DNA from: a virus
Taxonomy: Duplodnaviria > Caudoviricetes
IMG/VR virus record: IMGVR_UViG_3300020151_002386
Location: 1-40,172 of that record
Direction: 5' to 3' (one strand)
Length of the DNA stretch: 40,172 bases
Shown: positions 18,801 through 27,285 of the stretch, in pieces
Layout: every line of letters starts with the position of its first letter
Numbering within the stretch: position 1 is the first letter of the stretch
Program-made: the position numbers and the translations under genes
The notes under the pieces: generated by a model
What the model saw: the letters and a program-made list of their open reading frames with translations, nothing else
What the model was told of the DNA's origin: nothing
The model's database searches: none

Positions 18801-21398
18801 TAGAGTAATTTTTGGTGTTGTTGGATCTAAATTCAAATTTGTGCTATCGGATTGTTCAAATATTCCATAAATTTTAGTTACATCAGATTGCAAAAGGCAG
18901 ATTTCATCGTCTTCTACTCTAGTTCCATACGGATAGTTTCCATAAACTAAACCATTGTTAATAGTAGTTTCTCCTATTCCAGAGCCAATCAATCTTGATT
19001 TATCTACTACAATTGATTTGATTTTAGATTTATTTTTTAATTTTGCTCCTACATTACTTTTAGTTAATGTAGCAATTAATTTGGCTGAACCACTGCTAGT
19101 TGACAATCCATTGAATTTTATTATAGATCCGCCAGAATTATTATATGTTACAGCATCAAATTTATCTTCTGTTAAAACTTCTGTAAATCCACTTTCTGTT
19201 GTTAACACATATCTCTCTTCATCGAACGAAAGAAATCTTTCATTTTGATCAGAAGATACATTTGCTGTAGAGTTTGATGTTATGGTAACATCAAACTGTT
19301 TTTTTATAGTCAAGCTGGAATTAGTCAAATCTACATCACTAATTACATCTTTTGGTAATTTAGTGTAAAGATTTTCATTGTCTGACAAATTTTTCTTGGT
19401 TCCAAGTAATTTTAAGTCAGTTACTTGTATATCGGTAGATGGCAATTGAGCATCACAAACTCCAGTTACCGTGGTCAATCCAGTTAAAGTAAGAGTAGTT
19501 GCTGTTACATTGGTTACTTTAGCATATGTTGGATATATTTTTCCTTGAGAAGTATATGATATCAAATCATTATTTTTAACCACACCAGAGAATACTGGAA
19601 TGTTTGATTTTACAGTAGAAATACCTGAAGTTGGATCTACTGTTGTGATTTCAGTATTTGAAAATATTTTTTTTGTATCTTGTACGGTGTCAGCAGAAAA
19701 AGTATATGAAGTCCCTACCAATCCATATAGAGATTTTACGCTGTCTATTGTATAAGATGTGATTAATGTAGAGACCCTAGTATTATCATTCTCTACATCA
19801 TTAAAAACTAATTTTTCTCCAGGTATAAAATTGCCAGAAATATTGTAAGCAGTTAATATACCAGAGTTTGAAACTCCAAATCTCAAAAATCCACTAGCTC
19901 CACTAGACTTGCCTTTTATGTAAGATGGTACATTCAGGCTTAAATTTTCATTTATTGCTATTTCTGTATAAGTTTGTATATCATATAAAGATATATCCCA
20001 CTGATTTGCATTTGGTGTTAAAGAATCATAAGATCCGGATTCCAATGCAAAATCATAAACTCTCGCTATTCCAATTTCTTTTCCAGCTGGAGAAACGGAA
20101 TTTATTCCTATTCTATCACTCCTTAGACTTAAAGTATAAGTAGAGAATCCTACAACCGGAGAACCATATACTCGATTTAAAGTTAAATTTGATCCAGTAT
20201 TGTATACTATACTTTGATTTTCTAATCTTTTGGTTGTCCTTGCCTTTTTAAAATCCAAAAATACAGGAGAAATTATATCAACTTCGTATCCTTTAACATA
20301 TGCTTTTAAAGGAGAAATTTGATATGTTCCTAAAGATTCATCTGGTACATTTTCGTTGAATGTTACTTGATTTTTATTGTAAATTCCACCATTGCCAAGT
20401 AAATTATTTAAAGTTTCTTTTGCAATTATAGTTGGAGATTTTACATAATAATTCCCAGACTCATCATATGTTCTTTTTGCTAATTCTTTTCCTAATTCAT
20501 TCAAACGAGGATTTTGTTGTATATTTTGTACAACTCCGTTATTGATTTCTACTAACTTTATAAAATTATTTGGATATTCTTCGTCTAATCTTATTTTTGT
20601 TAGTACAAGGGATATGCCAAGTCTATCAGCACCAGGAGCTGCATAATTGGAAAATCCTTTTGCATTATCATTTAAAAATTGATCATCTTCAACTGTGATG
20701 ATATCTTCCAGTACTTCAAATCCAACAATATAACTTGGTGAATTATTATATTGATCCAATATAATAAATTGTGGGTCATTTTTTATAAAATATCCCCTTG
20801 CAAAATATACTCCGGAATCAATTGAGAATTCAGAACCCACAGAATTGCAATTTCTATCTATAGTAGAAGCAAATGCTTCTCCTCTTCTTATCGTCAAAAG
20901 TGAATCCTGAGTTTCTCCTATAGTAAATACAGTGTCTTCTTCTAAAAGTAAATTTTCTCCATCAGAGAACCCAATATATTCCGAATTTGTGTAATCCGAA
21001 TCAATAAAATTTACATAAATTGTCGTATTGTTTCTTTCTGATTTTTGTGAACTTATGCAACTTATTACCTTTGCTCTCACTCCACTAGATTGGCCAAATA
21101 TAATTTTTCCTGGAATAGGACCTAAGTATTCAAATACATCTATTCCATTAAAAGTATTTTTCAGTTCTACTGCGTAATATCTGTCATTATATGTGATATT
21201 TCCAGATATTACAGGACTTCCTTCTTGGAACGCCCACTTTCCAAATTGTTCAATTTGATTTTGGAGTATGGACTGTAAAGAAGTCAGCTCTCTTGCTTGT
21301 ATTGGATAACCAGGTTTAAATAGTATCTTATGATATATATTATTCGGATTAAAATCGTCAAAATATGGATATGTATTTAAATTAGTTTTTTGTGGCAT
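15837..21398 (-). CDS. Large virion structural protein, N-terminal part of VrlC/DUF4815-like family
   Basis: MPQKTNLNTYPYFDDF, LFKPGYPIQARELTSLQSILQNQIE, APGADRL, KRTYDESGNYYV, KRYTMADIGKLETRIENLEYYSTLSLLE, RFKSGFFVDNF; follows gp8; ends in a Pro/Thr then Gly-rich tail. Confidence 0.9.
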   Translation of the reverse strand: MPQKTNLNTYPYFDDFNPNNIYHKILFKPGYPIQARELTSLQSILQNQIEQFGKWAFQEGSPVISGNITYNDRYYAVELKNTFNGIDVFEYLGPIPGKIIFGQSSGVRAKVISCISSQKSERNNTTIYVNFIDSDYTNSEYIGFSDGENLLLEEDTVFTIGETQDSLLTIRRGEAFASTIDRNCNSVGSEFSIDSGVYFARGYFIKNDPQFIILDQYNNSPSYIVGFEVLEDIITVEDDQFLNDNAKGFSNYAAPGADRLGISLVLTKIRLDEEYPNNFIKLVEINNGVVQNIQQNPRLNELGKELAKRTYDESGNYYVKSPTIIAKETLNNLLGNGGIYNKNQVTFNENVPDESLGTYQISPLKAYVKGYEVDIISPVFLDFKKARTTKRLENQSIVYNTGSNLTLNRVYGSPVVGFSTYTLSLRSDRIGINSVSPAGKEIGIARVYDFALESGSYDSLTPNANQWDISLYDIQTYTEIAINENLSLNVPSYIKGKSSGASGFLRFGVSNSGILTAYNISGNFIPGEKLVFNDVENDNTRVSTLITSYTIDSVKSLYGLVGTSYTFSADTVQDTKKIFSNTEITTVDPTSGISTVKSNIPVFSGVVKNNDLISYTSQGKIYPTYAKVTNVTATTLTLTGLTTVTGVCDAQLPSTDIQVTDLKLLGTKKNLSDNENLYTKLPKDVISDVDLTNSSLTIKKQFDVTITSNSTANVSSDQNERFLSFDEERYVLTTESGFTEVLTEDKFDAVTYNNSGGSIIKFNGLSTSSGSAKLIATLTKSNVGAKLKNKSKIKSIVVDKSRLIGSGIGETTINNGLVYGNYPYGTRVEDDEICLLQSDVTKIYGIFEQSDSTNLNLDPTTPKITLTEINGISGSTNDITLGEIFVGEVSNAVGIYAQKIDLGTIGFIYLNSNSFIRGETITFDSSQVTAIINSTTIGDKDITSNYILDDGQRNSIYDYSRITRKPSYKEPIRKIKIYFESSSYSPSDTGDITTANSYQNYDYSEIPSINEERNSDIIDVRPKVTEYQVVQGARSPFEFLARNFSESYNNSSKYILASDENITLSYSFYLPRVDKIFLSKDALFQLKYGEPSETTQFPYSLDDSIEIATIYVPAYTFSASDVSIVRNEYKRYTMADIGKLETRIENLEYYSTLSLLEKETANLSIFDSNGNPRFKSGFFVDNFSTTLYQQKDTIVKNSIDRSNNQLRPTHYTTNCDLILGESSIILKKDLSIDINYSNDFISSNIKKTGNVITLDYSEVVENTQPFSTRVTEVTSYSTSEYVGGITLSPSSDTWISQRKTKTNLVDLDGVITETQKQIIITEDTEETGFSAPVWDGGSLWTRDLISTEQIPYMRRRNVEFRAERIKPYTRLYAFFDNVDVNRHIIPKLVEIQMTSGVFQVGETITAKIEDSFGSWVSSIGTVPEILKQKLSQQGISIETISDLKNLTLSSNIGISTTSNNAAANIILDYFRSSNYESENGGKFRLCTPDHKIGPYNNPTKKYNVNPYDRNQIIPSEYSTTSSILNIDTFSLSYMGNSNFYGNIKIGMKLIGETSNATAIVKDIKLITDDSGTVIGSFRIPNTDNINQIGDRFTSGEKAFRLTNSSTNSLIPGIVFTYAYEKFYSKGTLNNVEEAILSVSPPSYAPEISPPLPISYNYTFPESTPQTTQSITPVIPPIINPVTSTPESQPQKVIDVNQGGPVYANAAQRRIVEAYLEVRPNSNVTTAQQVANRLGVKNVDTLPSGHIPQNDGDRIVKQLQKQLDAPVVPGPGSSMSSGGGGGMGGGGSSGGGGGGGGSSGGGGGMGGGGSSGGGGGGGSSGGGGGGGMGGGGSSGGGGGGGGGMGGGSSMSNGR
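15850..16083 (-). repeat. GC-rich imperfect tandem repeat encoding (SS-Gn-M-GGGG) units
   Basis: About 75% GC; GGC/GGT runs with recurring plus-strand ccgcctgacgaaccaccgccg and gccgcccatgcc; bounded by a 9-bp direct repeat GACATAGAA at 15850-15858 and 16075-16083. Confidence 0.95.
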
Positions 21399-21413
21399 GA
21401 TTATCCTAATATA

Positions 21414-22997
21414 TTAAAACTGTAAGATTACTTTTACATCTTCTTTTTGATTAGAAGATCTTGTTATTCCTGGTCTGTGATCCACATAGATAATATCACC
21501 AGAGTTTGGTTTTACTTCTGGAAAAGATACGCCAGAAGTAAATCTTTGTCCGAGGTTATAATTAACATTATTTATTACTGTTGTTATGCCAGTATATCCA
21601 CTATCTATTTTTAATGTTAGAGGAAATCCAGCAATATCCAACGAACCGCCAGCCAAAATATTACTCGTAAATTTTATCTTTTCATTGCCATATGTGGAGA
21701 TATTTTCCGATTTTCTAGTACCATTACTATTATATTCTCCACCCAAATTGAAACCATACAATGATCTATCTTGCCAATACTTTAATACTCCGGTTTTATT
21801 GTCATATGATATCACTTTACCAACAGCAGTGATTCCAGTTCCCACAGTTTGGGTTACTATTGAGTCTGGTTCTATTACTAAACCTTTATAATCATTGACT
21901 GAATTTTTTCCTATCAATTTAAGTGCATATGTAGCACTAGCTCTATCTTTGTCTAGAATTATACTAGAATCGTAACTTAGTGGGTTATTTACTATCCCAA
22001 TTCTAGATATTTGATTTCCAGTAATGAAATCTGGATTTGTTTGGTCATTTTCGAATCTAGAGTATATTAGTAGATTATATGCTCCCAATTCTCTATAAAT
22101 GTCATATCCATGTCCATTTTTTGGTGGAATAATAACATCAAATGTTGGTAATGTTGCGCCAGCTGGGAATCCAATATTACTTACATCTATTTTTCCATAT
22201 GTATAATTATTTCCACCATTTGTCACAATTACTGAAGATACTCTTTCATCATTGCCGACGACAATACTTACTCTTCCTCCAGTCCCATCCCCTAAAATTG
22301 GAATATTAGTGTAAATGTTTGGTCCACCTAAAGTTTGTCCAAAATTTTTAATCACTGCTACCTTTATTTGGCCACTTTCTAGCGCATTATTTCTTATTGA
22401 TTGATATTTTGTATCTGTTTCCCAATCAGAAGGAACAGGAATATAATTAAGGGAATCAAATTTTATCACATCATCAATATTCAAGGTGTAAAGATATTTC
22501 CAAATATATCCATCTTCGGTAACTTTTGGCTCAAGATCAGTAAAATTTGGTTCGATTAATGATGGAACACCTTCGAAGTTATTATCAGATGATGCCCCAT
22601 TAAACAAACAAATGTATACTTTGTAATCAGTATTTAATATATAAAAATTCGATTGGTATAAATTTGGCTTTTCTGATGGTTTTGATAGATTATTTCTACT
22701 TATATCATGTCTGTACATGTCGTAAGTAGATCCAGACGACCAAACATTTTTTTTAATGACATTTCTTATATCGGAATCTGGATTTACCCTTTTTAAGGAT
22801 ATCATATTTTCCCAACAATCGTTCTCATCGTCAAATGAGTCTTTTGGTGGTAATGGATTAGAATCCCAATTTACATCATATTCTGTTTGATTTGGCAATC
22901 CAACAAAAGTATATAAGTTATTTTCACCAGATTTTAGTGAATTTATAAAACTTTTTGTGTTTAGTATTCTAATTTGATCAGTTATGATTGCTGACAT
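21414..22997 (-). CDS. gp8: Baseplate wedge subunit
   Basis: MSAIITDQIRILN, WSSGSTYDMYRHD, YKVYICLFNG, DGYIWKYLYT, SGDIIYVDHRPGITRSSNQKEDVKVILQF. Confidence 0.93.
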   Translation of the reverse strand: MSAIITDQIRILNTKSFINSLKSGENNLYTFVGLPNQTEYDVNWDSNPLPPKDSFDDENDCWENMISLKRVNPDSDIRNVIKKNVWSSGSTYDMYRHDISRNNLSKPSEKPNLYQSNFYILNTDYKVYICLFNGASSDNNFEGVPSLIEPNFTDLEPKVTEDGYIWKYLYTLNIDDVIKFDSLNYIPVPSDWETDTKYQSIRNNALESGQIKVAVIKNFGQTLGGPNIYTNIPILGDGTGGRVSIVVGNDERVSSVIVTNGGNNYTYGKIDVSNIGFPAGATLPTFDVIIPPKNGHGYDIYRELGAYNLLIYSRFENDQTNPDFITGNQISRIGIVNNPLSYDSSIILDKDRASATYALKLIGKNSVNDYKGLVIEPDSIVTQTVGTGITAVGKVISYDNKTGVLKYWQDRSLYGFNLGGEYNSNGTRKSENISTYGNEKIKFTSNILAGGSLDIAGFPLTLKIDSGYTGITTVINNVNYNLGQRFTSGVSFPEVKPNSGDIIYVDHRPGITRSSNQKEDVKVILQF

Positions 22998-23016
22998 TTA
23001 TCTTGGTTTTTGATAC

Positions 23017-23024
23017 TATTTATG
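23017..23024 (-). promoter_or_regulatory. T4-type late promoter (CATAAATA) for gp8
   Basis: Overlaps the stop of the 1419-aa gene, 20 nt upstream of gp8 ATG. Confidence 0.65.
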
Positions 23025-26000
23025 TTAGATAATTGAAATACCTTAATGGGGATTTTCTCCTAATAATTGGAGTATTGTTCAGTCCAACTACCCCATAATT
23101 TTGAGTAACTAAAAATTCTTTTGGTGATTTTCTAGAATTGGATTGGAATTGTATCAATCCCCAACTATAATTTCCATAAAAACTACTAAATCCAAATCCA
23201 CTAAGACCATTGTAATCTTGGACACTAACTACGACTTTAGCGACATCAGTGAGGCCAATTCCATATGCATGGGTTTGGCCTATAGACACTGATAATACTT
23301 CATATACATTATCTATAGATATTGTCCCAATTCCAATTATCGTATTATCACTTGCTATTGAATTTAGTCCATTTCCTACATTACTATTATATACTTCAAA
23401 AAAGTAATTCGTTTTTATGTTGCAAGTATCTATTACTTCATCTACATAATCTAAATCTCTTAAATACGAATCTGGCTCTATTAGCAAATCAAAAATCAAT
23501 CCGGTTTGAGCGATACCAGGAATAGAAGTAGCTGCTATCCCTGTAATAATTCCAAAATCTCCACTATAATTTACATTAGATATAACTTCTCTTTTTATTT
23601 CTAATGTACCATTTGGTGAAATTATTTCTATTTCATTCCTATCGGCTGTAGTATTATTTTCTTTTTTGTTGTCAAAGATAGTTTTTACATTACTTACATA
23701 TATTTGAGTCGTTCCGATCCCAACACTTTTTATTATATTTGTGGTTGGATAAATTGATGGCTCATATATTGGCCTATCTTTTGTTATCTGTTTTCCTTCA
23801 ATTACTAAATCTTGTCTTTGTTTTGTCCAATTTATTGGTCTTAAAATATCAATATCATTTGATATTCCATTTTTATGATATAAATTTGTTTTTGTTGTAT
23901 CTACTGATGTAATATCTTCTACTAATCTAAAGTCTTGTCTATAATTGTAATCATCACTTTCTAGCTTAATATAATCGCCTTGCTTCACTGTTTCCAAAAT
24001 ATCAACATCTTTGACATCTATCCCATTTGTTCCTCTGTAGAAAATTATTTTACACTTGTCCTTGTCTCCATTTGGATATGACTTCAATGGCTCAGCAAAA
24101 GTAATTGTACTACCACCATTGAAAAAATATCCAACACCCGGTTCCTGCAAAACATCATTTATGAATACCAATAATGTTGCTTTTATGTCTATATTTGATC
24201 CTGGTTGGGATACAATAGAAAACCTATTTCCTTGATATGATAGTGGAAAAATTCTCTTTTTGTTATCAATTAAAGATGAAATGCTATCTAATAATATAAT
24301 ATTTCCTATTGACCATCCAAAGAAGCTATCAGAATATGTCTCTATTATACTGAGTTTAAATTCTTTAAACTGTGTCAATGTAGGTATTCCAACTACGCCA
24401 TCTATTGGTAAAGTCAATATATCACCAACAGAATATGAATATCCATAATTTTTTATAGTAAAATCTATTATACTAGATCCTTGTCCAACTACAATATCAA
24501 CAGTGGCTTCTGTCCCAACTCCTGAGTTTCCACTATATTTTAATGGTATATTGCTATAAGATAGTGGGAAATCAAATACAATTTTTGGGGGACTATATTT
24601 CTTAAATTTTACTACTGAATCTATTGATATTGTAGATAGTGGGGCATCTGAACTCGATATGAATACACTAGAAGAGCCTATCCCAACAACAGAAGCATTT
24701 TTTATGTTTGGCTCAATGGATATAATAGGATATTTTTCTGGAATGATTGACACATCCTCAACGAATATTTCAGTAGAAGCAGCAGATACTATTTTTGTAG
24801 TTTTTGTCTGGCCTGCCAATAAATATGAAGTATATCCAAATCCAGGATTAGTAATTGCTACTCCAATTACATTTCCATTTGAAACAGTGGCAGTTCCTAT
24901 AAATTCAATATTTACTGTATTTTCATCTGATGTCTGTACTCCCACTCTAACTGTCTGTAAGTTCTGTCTATACCCAGAACCGCTATTTCCTATAGAAACT
25001 CCCTGAATTGTACCAGAAATTGAGACTATTGCTGTACCCCCAGCAGACACTAAAGGTTGATATCCAAATCCTGTAGTTGATCCAACTGAAACTATAATTC
25101 CTCCTCTGGGTATACTAGCATTATTTGGATCATATGAAATTGATGTTGCTGATCCTGTAAAATTTATTTTTGTATTCGATCCAACTTCACTTAAATTGAA
25201 ATCTTCGGTTGGAATTTGTAAAACATTATTAATTAATATTATTGATTGGTCTTCATAAAAATCTACTAATGGAGTAGATTGTTGCGTCAAGTCGAATGTT
25301 TTTTGTGATGAATTGAAGTTTTTTGATATATCGTCAAAAATATAATTTTTTTCGTATGTTTCTTCAGGTAAACTTGGATTTCCAGATCGAATAAATACTC
25401 TTCCTTGAAAAGTTGATTGCGTAATAGACTCGACTGGAATTGACTCCGATGAATCATATTCTTCTTCTGGTTTAGTTGGTCCATATGGAACAGAATCAAA
25501 ATAAATTTTATTTCCAACTATATTGTAATTTCCTTTTAATTTTTGTACTAGATCTCCTGAGGTATGTGACGATATTCCAGATCCAAGCCAAGGTCTTTTT
25601 ACCGCAACATAATTTGTACTTCCTATTCCAACTACTTCTATTTTCATTATTTCCTGATTGATTTTTATCAAATCGCCAGAAAAAAATGAAGATATTCCAG
25701 AAAGAACCAAAACATCACTTACAAAAGGCAAATTCTGTGTTAATGTTGTGGTAATTGAAGTACCAACTATTGGAGATTGTATTAAATTGTCAATACAAAT
25801 TAGGGATTTTATATTTTGTTTTGTGGTTGTTACATAATGCTTCGTATCTATCCCTAAAGATGTTAAATTAAAAAGTATTGGTGGATCAGAGAATGCATAC
25901 TCTGGACTAGAACATAGTCCGATCCTAGCATTATCGAATTTGTATACATAACAATTTTGGGGCAATTTATTTGTATTGCCAATTCCCGATACATATGCAG

Positions 26001-27279
26001 TTGCAATTCCTATTGAATTATTAGTCAGATCATCATTAAATTCATCAGATCTATATAATACTTTTTCTCCAGTAACAAAAAAATGATTTGGTAAGTATAT
26101 CGAATTTTGACTTAAGTTGATGATTGATGAATTACTTCCATCAAAAACTCTTTCAAATATTGGAATACCTTTATGAGTTAAATTGAAACTTGATTTATTA
26201 GTATCACTATCATATCCAAGCTTAATTGTCGAATTTACGATACTAGAATTTTTTAAGTCTATTTTTAATGGAGATTTTGGAAGTTGGACAAACCCTAGAG
26301 TTTGTTGGAACACTTTTATTTCTACATTTATATTTGGATTTGGAGTAAAATTCAATTCAAATACTCCAGAAACATTTGTATCAAAAGTACCAATGTCATC
26401 ACCAGAAACTATTTTTCCATACTCTACAAAAACAGATTCTGTTAAATTATTTAAAGTTAATAATTCAGAAAATTGTATCTTATTGTTTGTGATATCATTT
26501 ATTTGTATGATATAATAAGCTGACAAATACTGTATTGGATATGATGATATTACATGTTGAGTTGGACTAGTTGATGCAGCGATCGAAACAGAATTTGAAG
26601 AAAGATTCGAATAAGTTAATTGTTTCTCTCCAGTGCTAGTATATTCTGTTTTTGCCAAAGAAACGGCAACAACATTAGAAGTATAATTTTCTGATGTATC
26701 TAAAGGAGAGAAATCTACATTAATATTGTTTGATCCGTCCCTATAAAAATTAAATGTTCCTATTCCGGATAGAGAATTTGTTCCCAAATTCAATCTTCCA
26801 TACTCTACATGAAAAATGCCAGTATCTGTAGCAGATAAATTAAATTCTAAAAATTGATACTTTTTTTTATTTCCTGTCAATTCAACAATTAACTTTGAAG
26901 AACTAAATTTTTCTGGAACTTTATAAATTGTTTTGGTAATACCTGAGGATATGGAAGTATTAGAAGACGCAACACTTACTATATTGCCCAAATTAAAAGA
27001 AGAAGATTCAGTAATAAATTGTTTAGTATCATAATAAACATATCCATAACTATAATCATTTATTCTATCATCTAACGGGAAAAAATCCAAAATTGCTTGA
27101 TTTGATGATATGGAAAGAGAGTAATCTCCAATATTTTCCTTTGTGTATATATTTCCGTAACTATTTGCAACTACTTCATCACCACTACTTAAAAATGTTA
27201 ATATTGATGATTGTACTTTAGCATCATTTATTTCATTTTTTGTTAATAGAAAAAATTTTGCAGCTCTAGTTTTTGACAT
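23020..27279 (-). CDS. Baseplate/virion structural protein, C-terminal continuation of the giant gp7-like gene
   Basis: 1419 aa between gp7 and gp8, same frame as gp7 past a single TAA; same repeat modules (HFFVTGEKVLY, GSGY, FDDISKNFN, LVFINDVLQEPG). Confidence 0.85.
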   Translation of the reverse strand: MSKTRAAKFFLLTKNEINDAKVQSSILTFLSSGDEVVANSYGNIYTKENIGDYSLSISSNQAILDFFPLDDRINDYSYGYVYYDTKQFITESSSFNLGNIVSVASSNTSISSGITKTIYKVPEKFSSSKLIVELTGNKKKYQFLEFNLSATDTGIFHVEYGRLNLGTNSLSGIGTFNFYRDGSNNINVDFSPLDTSENYTSNVVAVSLAKTEYTSTGEKQLTYSNLSSNSVSIAASTSPTQHVISSYPIQYLSAYYIIQINDITNNKIQFSELLTLNNLTESVFVEYGKIVSGDDIGTFDTNVSGVFELNFTPNPNINVEIKVFQQTLGFVQLPKSPLKIDLKNSSIVNSTIKLGYDSDTNKSSFNLTHKGIPIFERVFDGSNSSIINLSQNSIYLPNHFFVTGEKVLYRSDEFNDDLTNNSIGIATAYVSGIGNTNKLPQNCYVYKFDNARIGLCSSPEYAFSDPPILFNLTSLGIDTKHYVTTTKQNIKSLICIDNLIQSPIVGTSITTTLTQNLPFVSDVLVLSGISSFFSGDLIKINQEIMKIEVVGIGSTNYVAVKRPWLGSGISSHTSGDLVQKLKGNYNIVGNKIYFDSVPYGPTKPEEEYDSSESIPVESITQSTFQGRVFIRSGNPSLPEETYEKNYIFDDISKNFNSSQKTFDLTQQSTPLVDFYEDQSIILINNVLQIPTEDFNLSEVGSNTKINFTGSATSISYDPNNASIPRGGIIVSVGSTTGFGYQPLVSAGGTAIVSISGTIQGVSIGNSGSGYRQNLQTVRVGVQTSDENTVNIEFIGTATVSNGNVIGVAITNPGFGYTSYLLAGQTKTTKIVSAASTEIFVEDVSIIPEKYPIISIEPNIKNASVVGIGSSSVFISSSDAPLSTISIDSVVKFKKYSPPKIVFDFPLSYSNIPLKYSGNSGVGTEATVDIVVGQGSSIIDFTIKNYGYSYSVGDILTLPIDGVVGIPTLTQFKEFKLSIIETYSDSFFGWSIGNIILLDSISSLIDNKKRIFPLSYQGNRFSIVSQPGSNIDIKATLLVFINDVLQEPGVGYFFNGGSTITFAEPLKSYPNGDKDKCKIIFYRGTNGIDVKDVDILETVKQGDYIKLESDDYNYRQDFRLVEDITSVDTTKTNLYHKNGISNDIDILRPINWTKQRQDLVIEGKQITKDRPIYEPSIYPTTNIIKSVGIGTTQIYVSNVKTIFDNKKENNTTADRNEIEIISPNGTLEIKREVISNVNYSGDFGIITGIAATSIPGIAQTGLIFDLLIEPDSYLRDLDYVDEVIDTCNIKTNYFFEVYNSNVGNGLNSIASDNTIIGIGTISIDNVYEVLSVSIGQTHAYGIGLTDVAKVVVSVQDYNGLSGFGFSSFYGNYSWGLIQFQSNSRKSPKEFLVTQNYGVVGLNNTPIIRRKSPLRYFNYLT

Positions 27280-27285
27280 TGTAAT

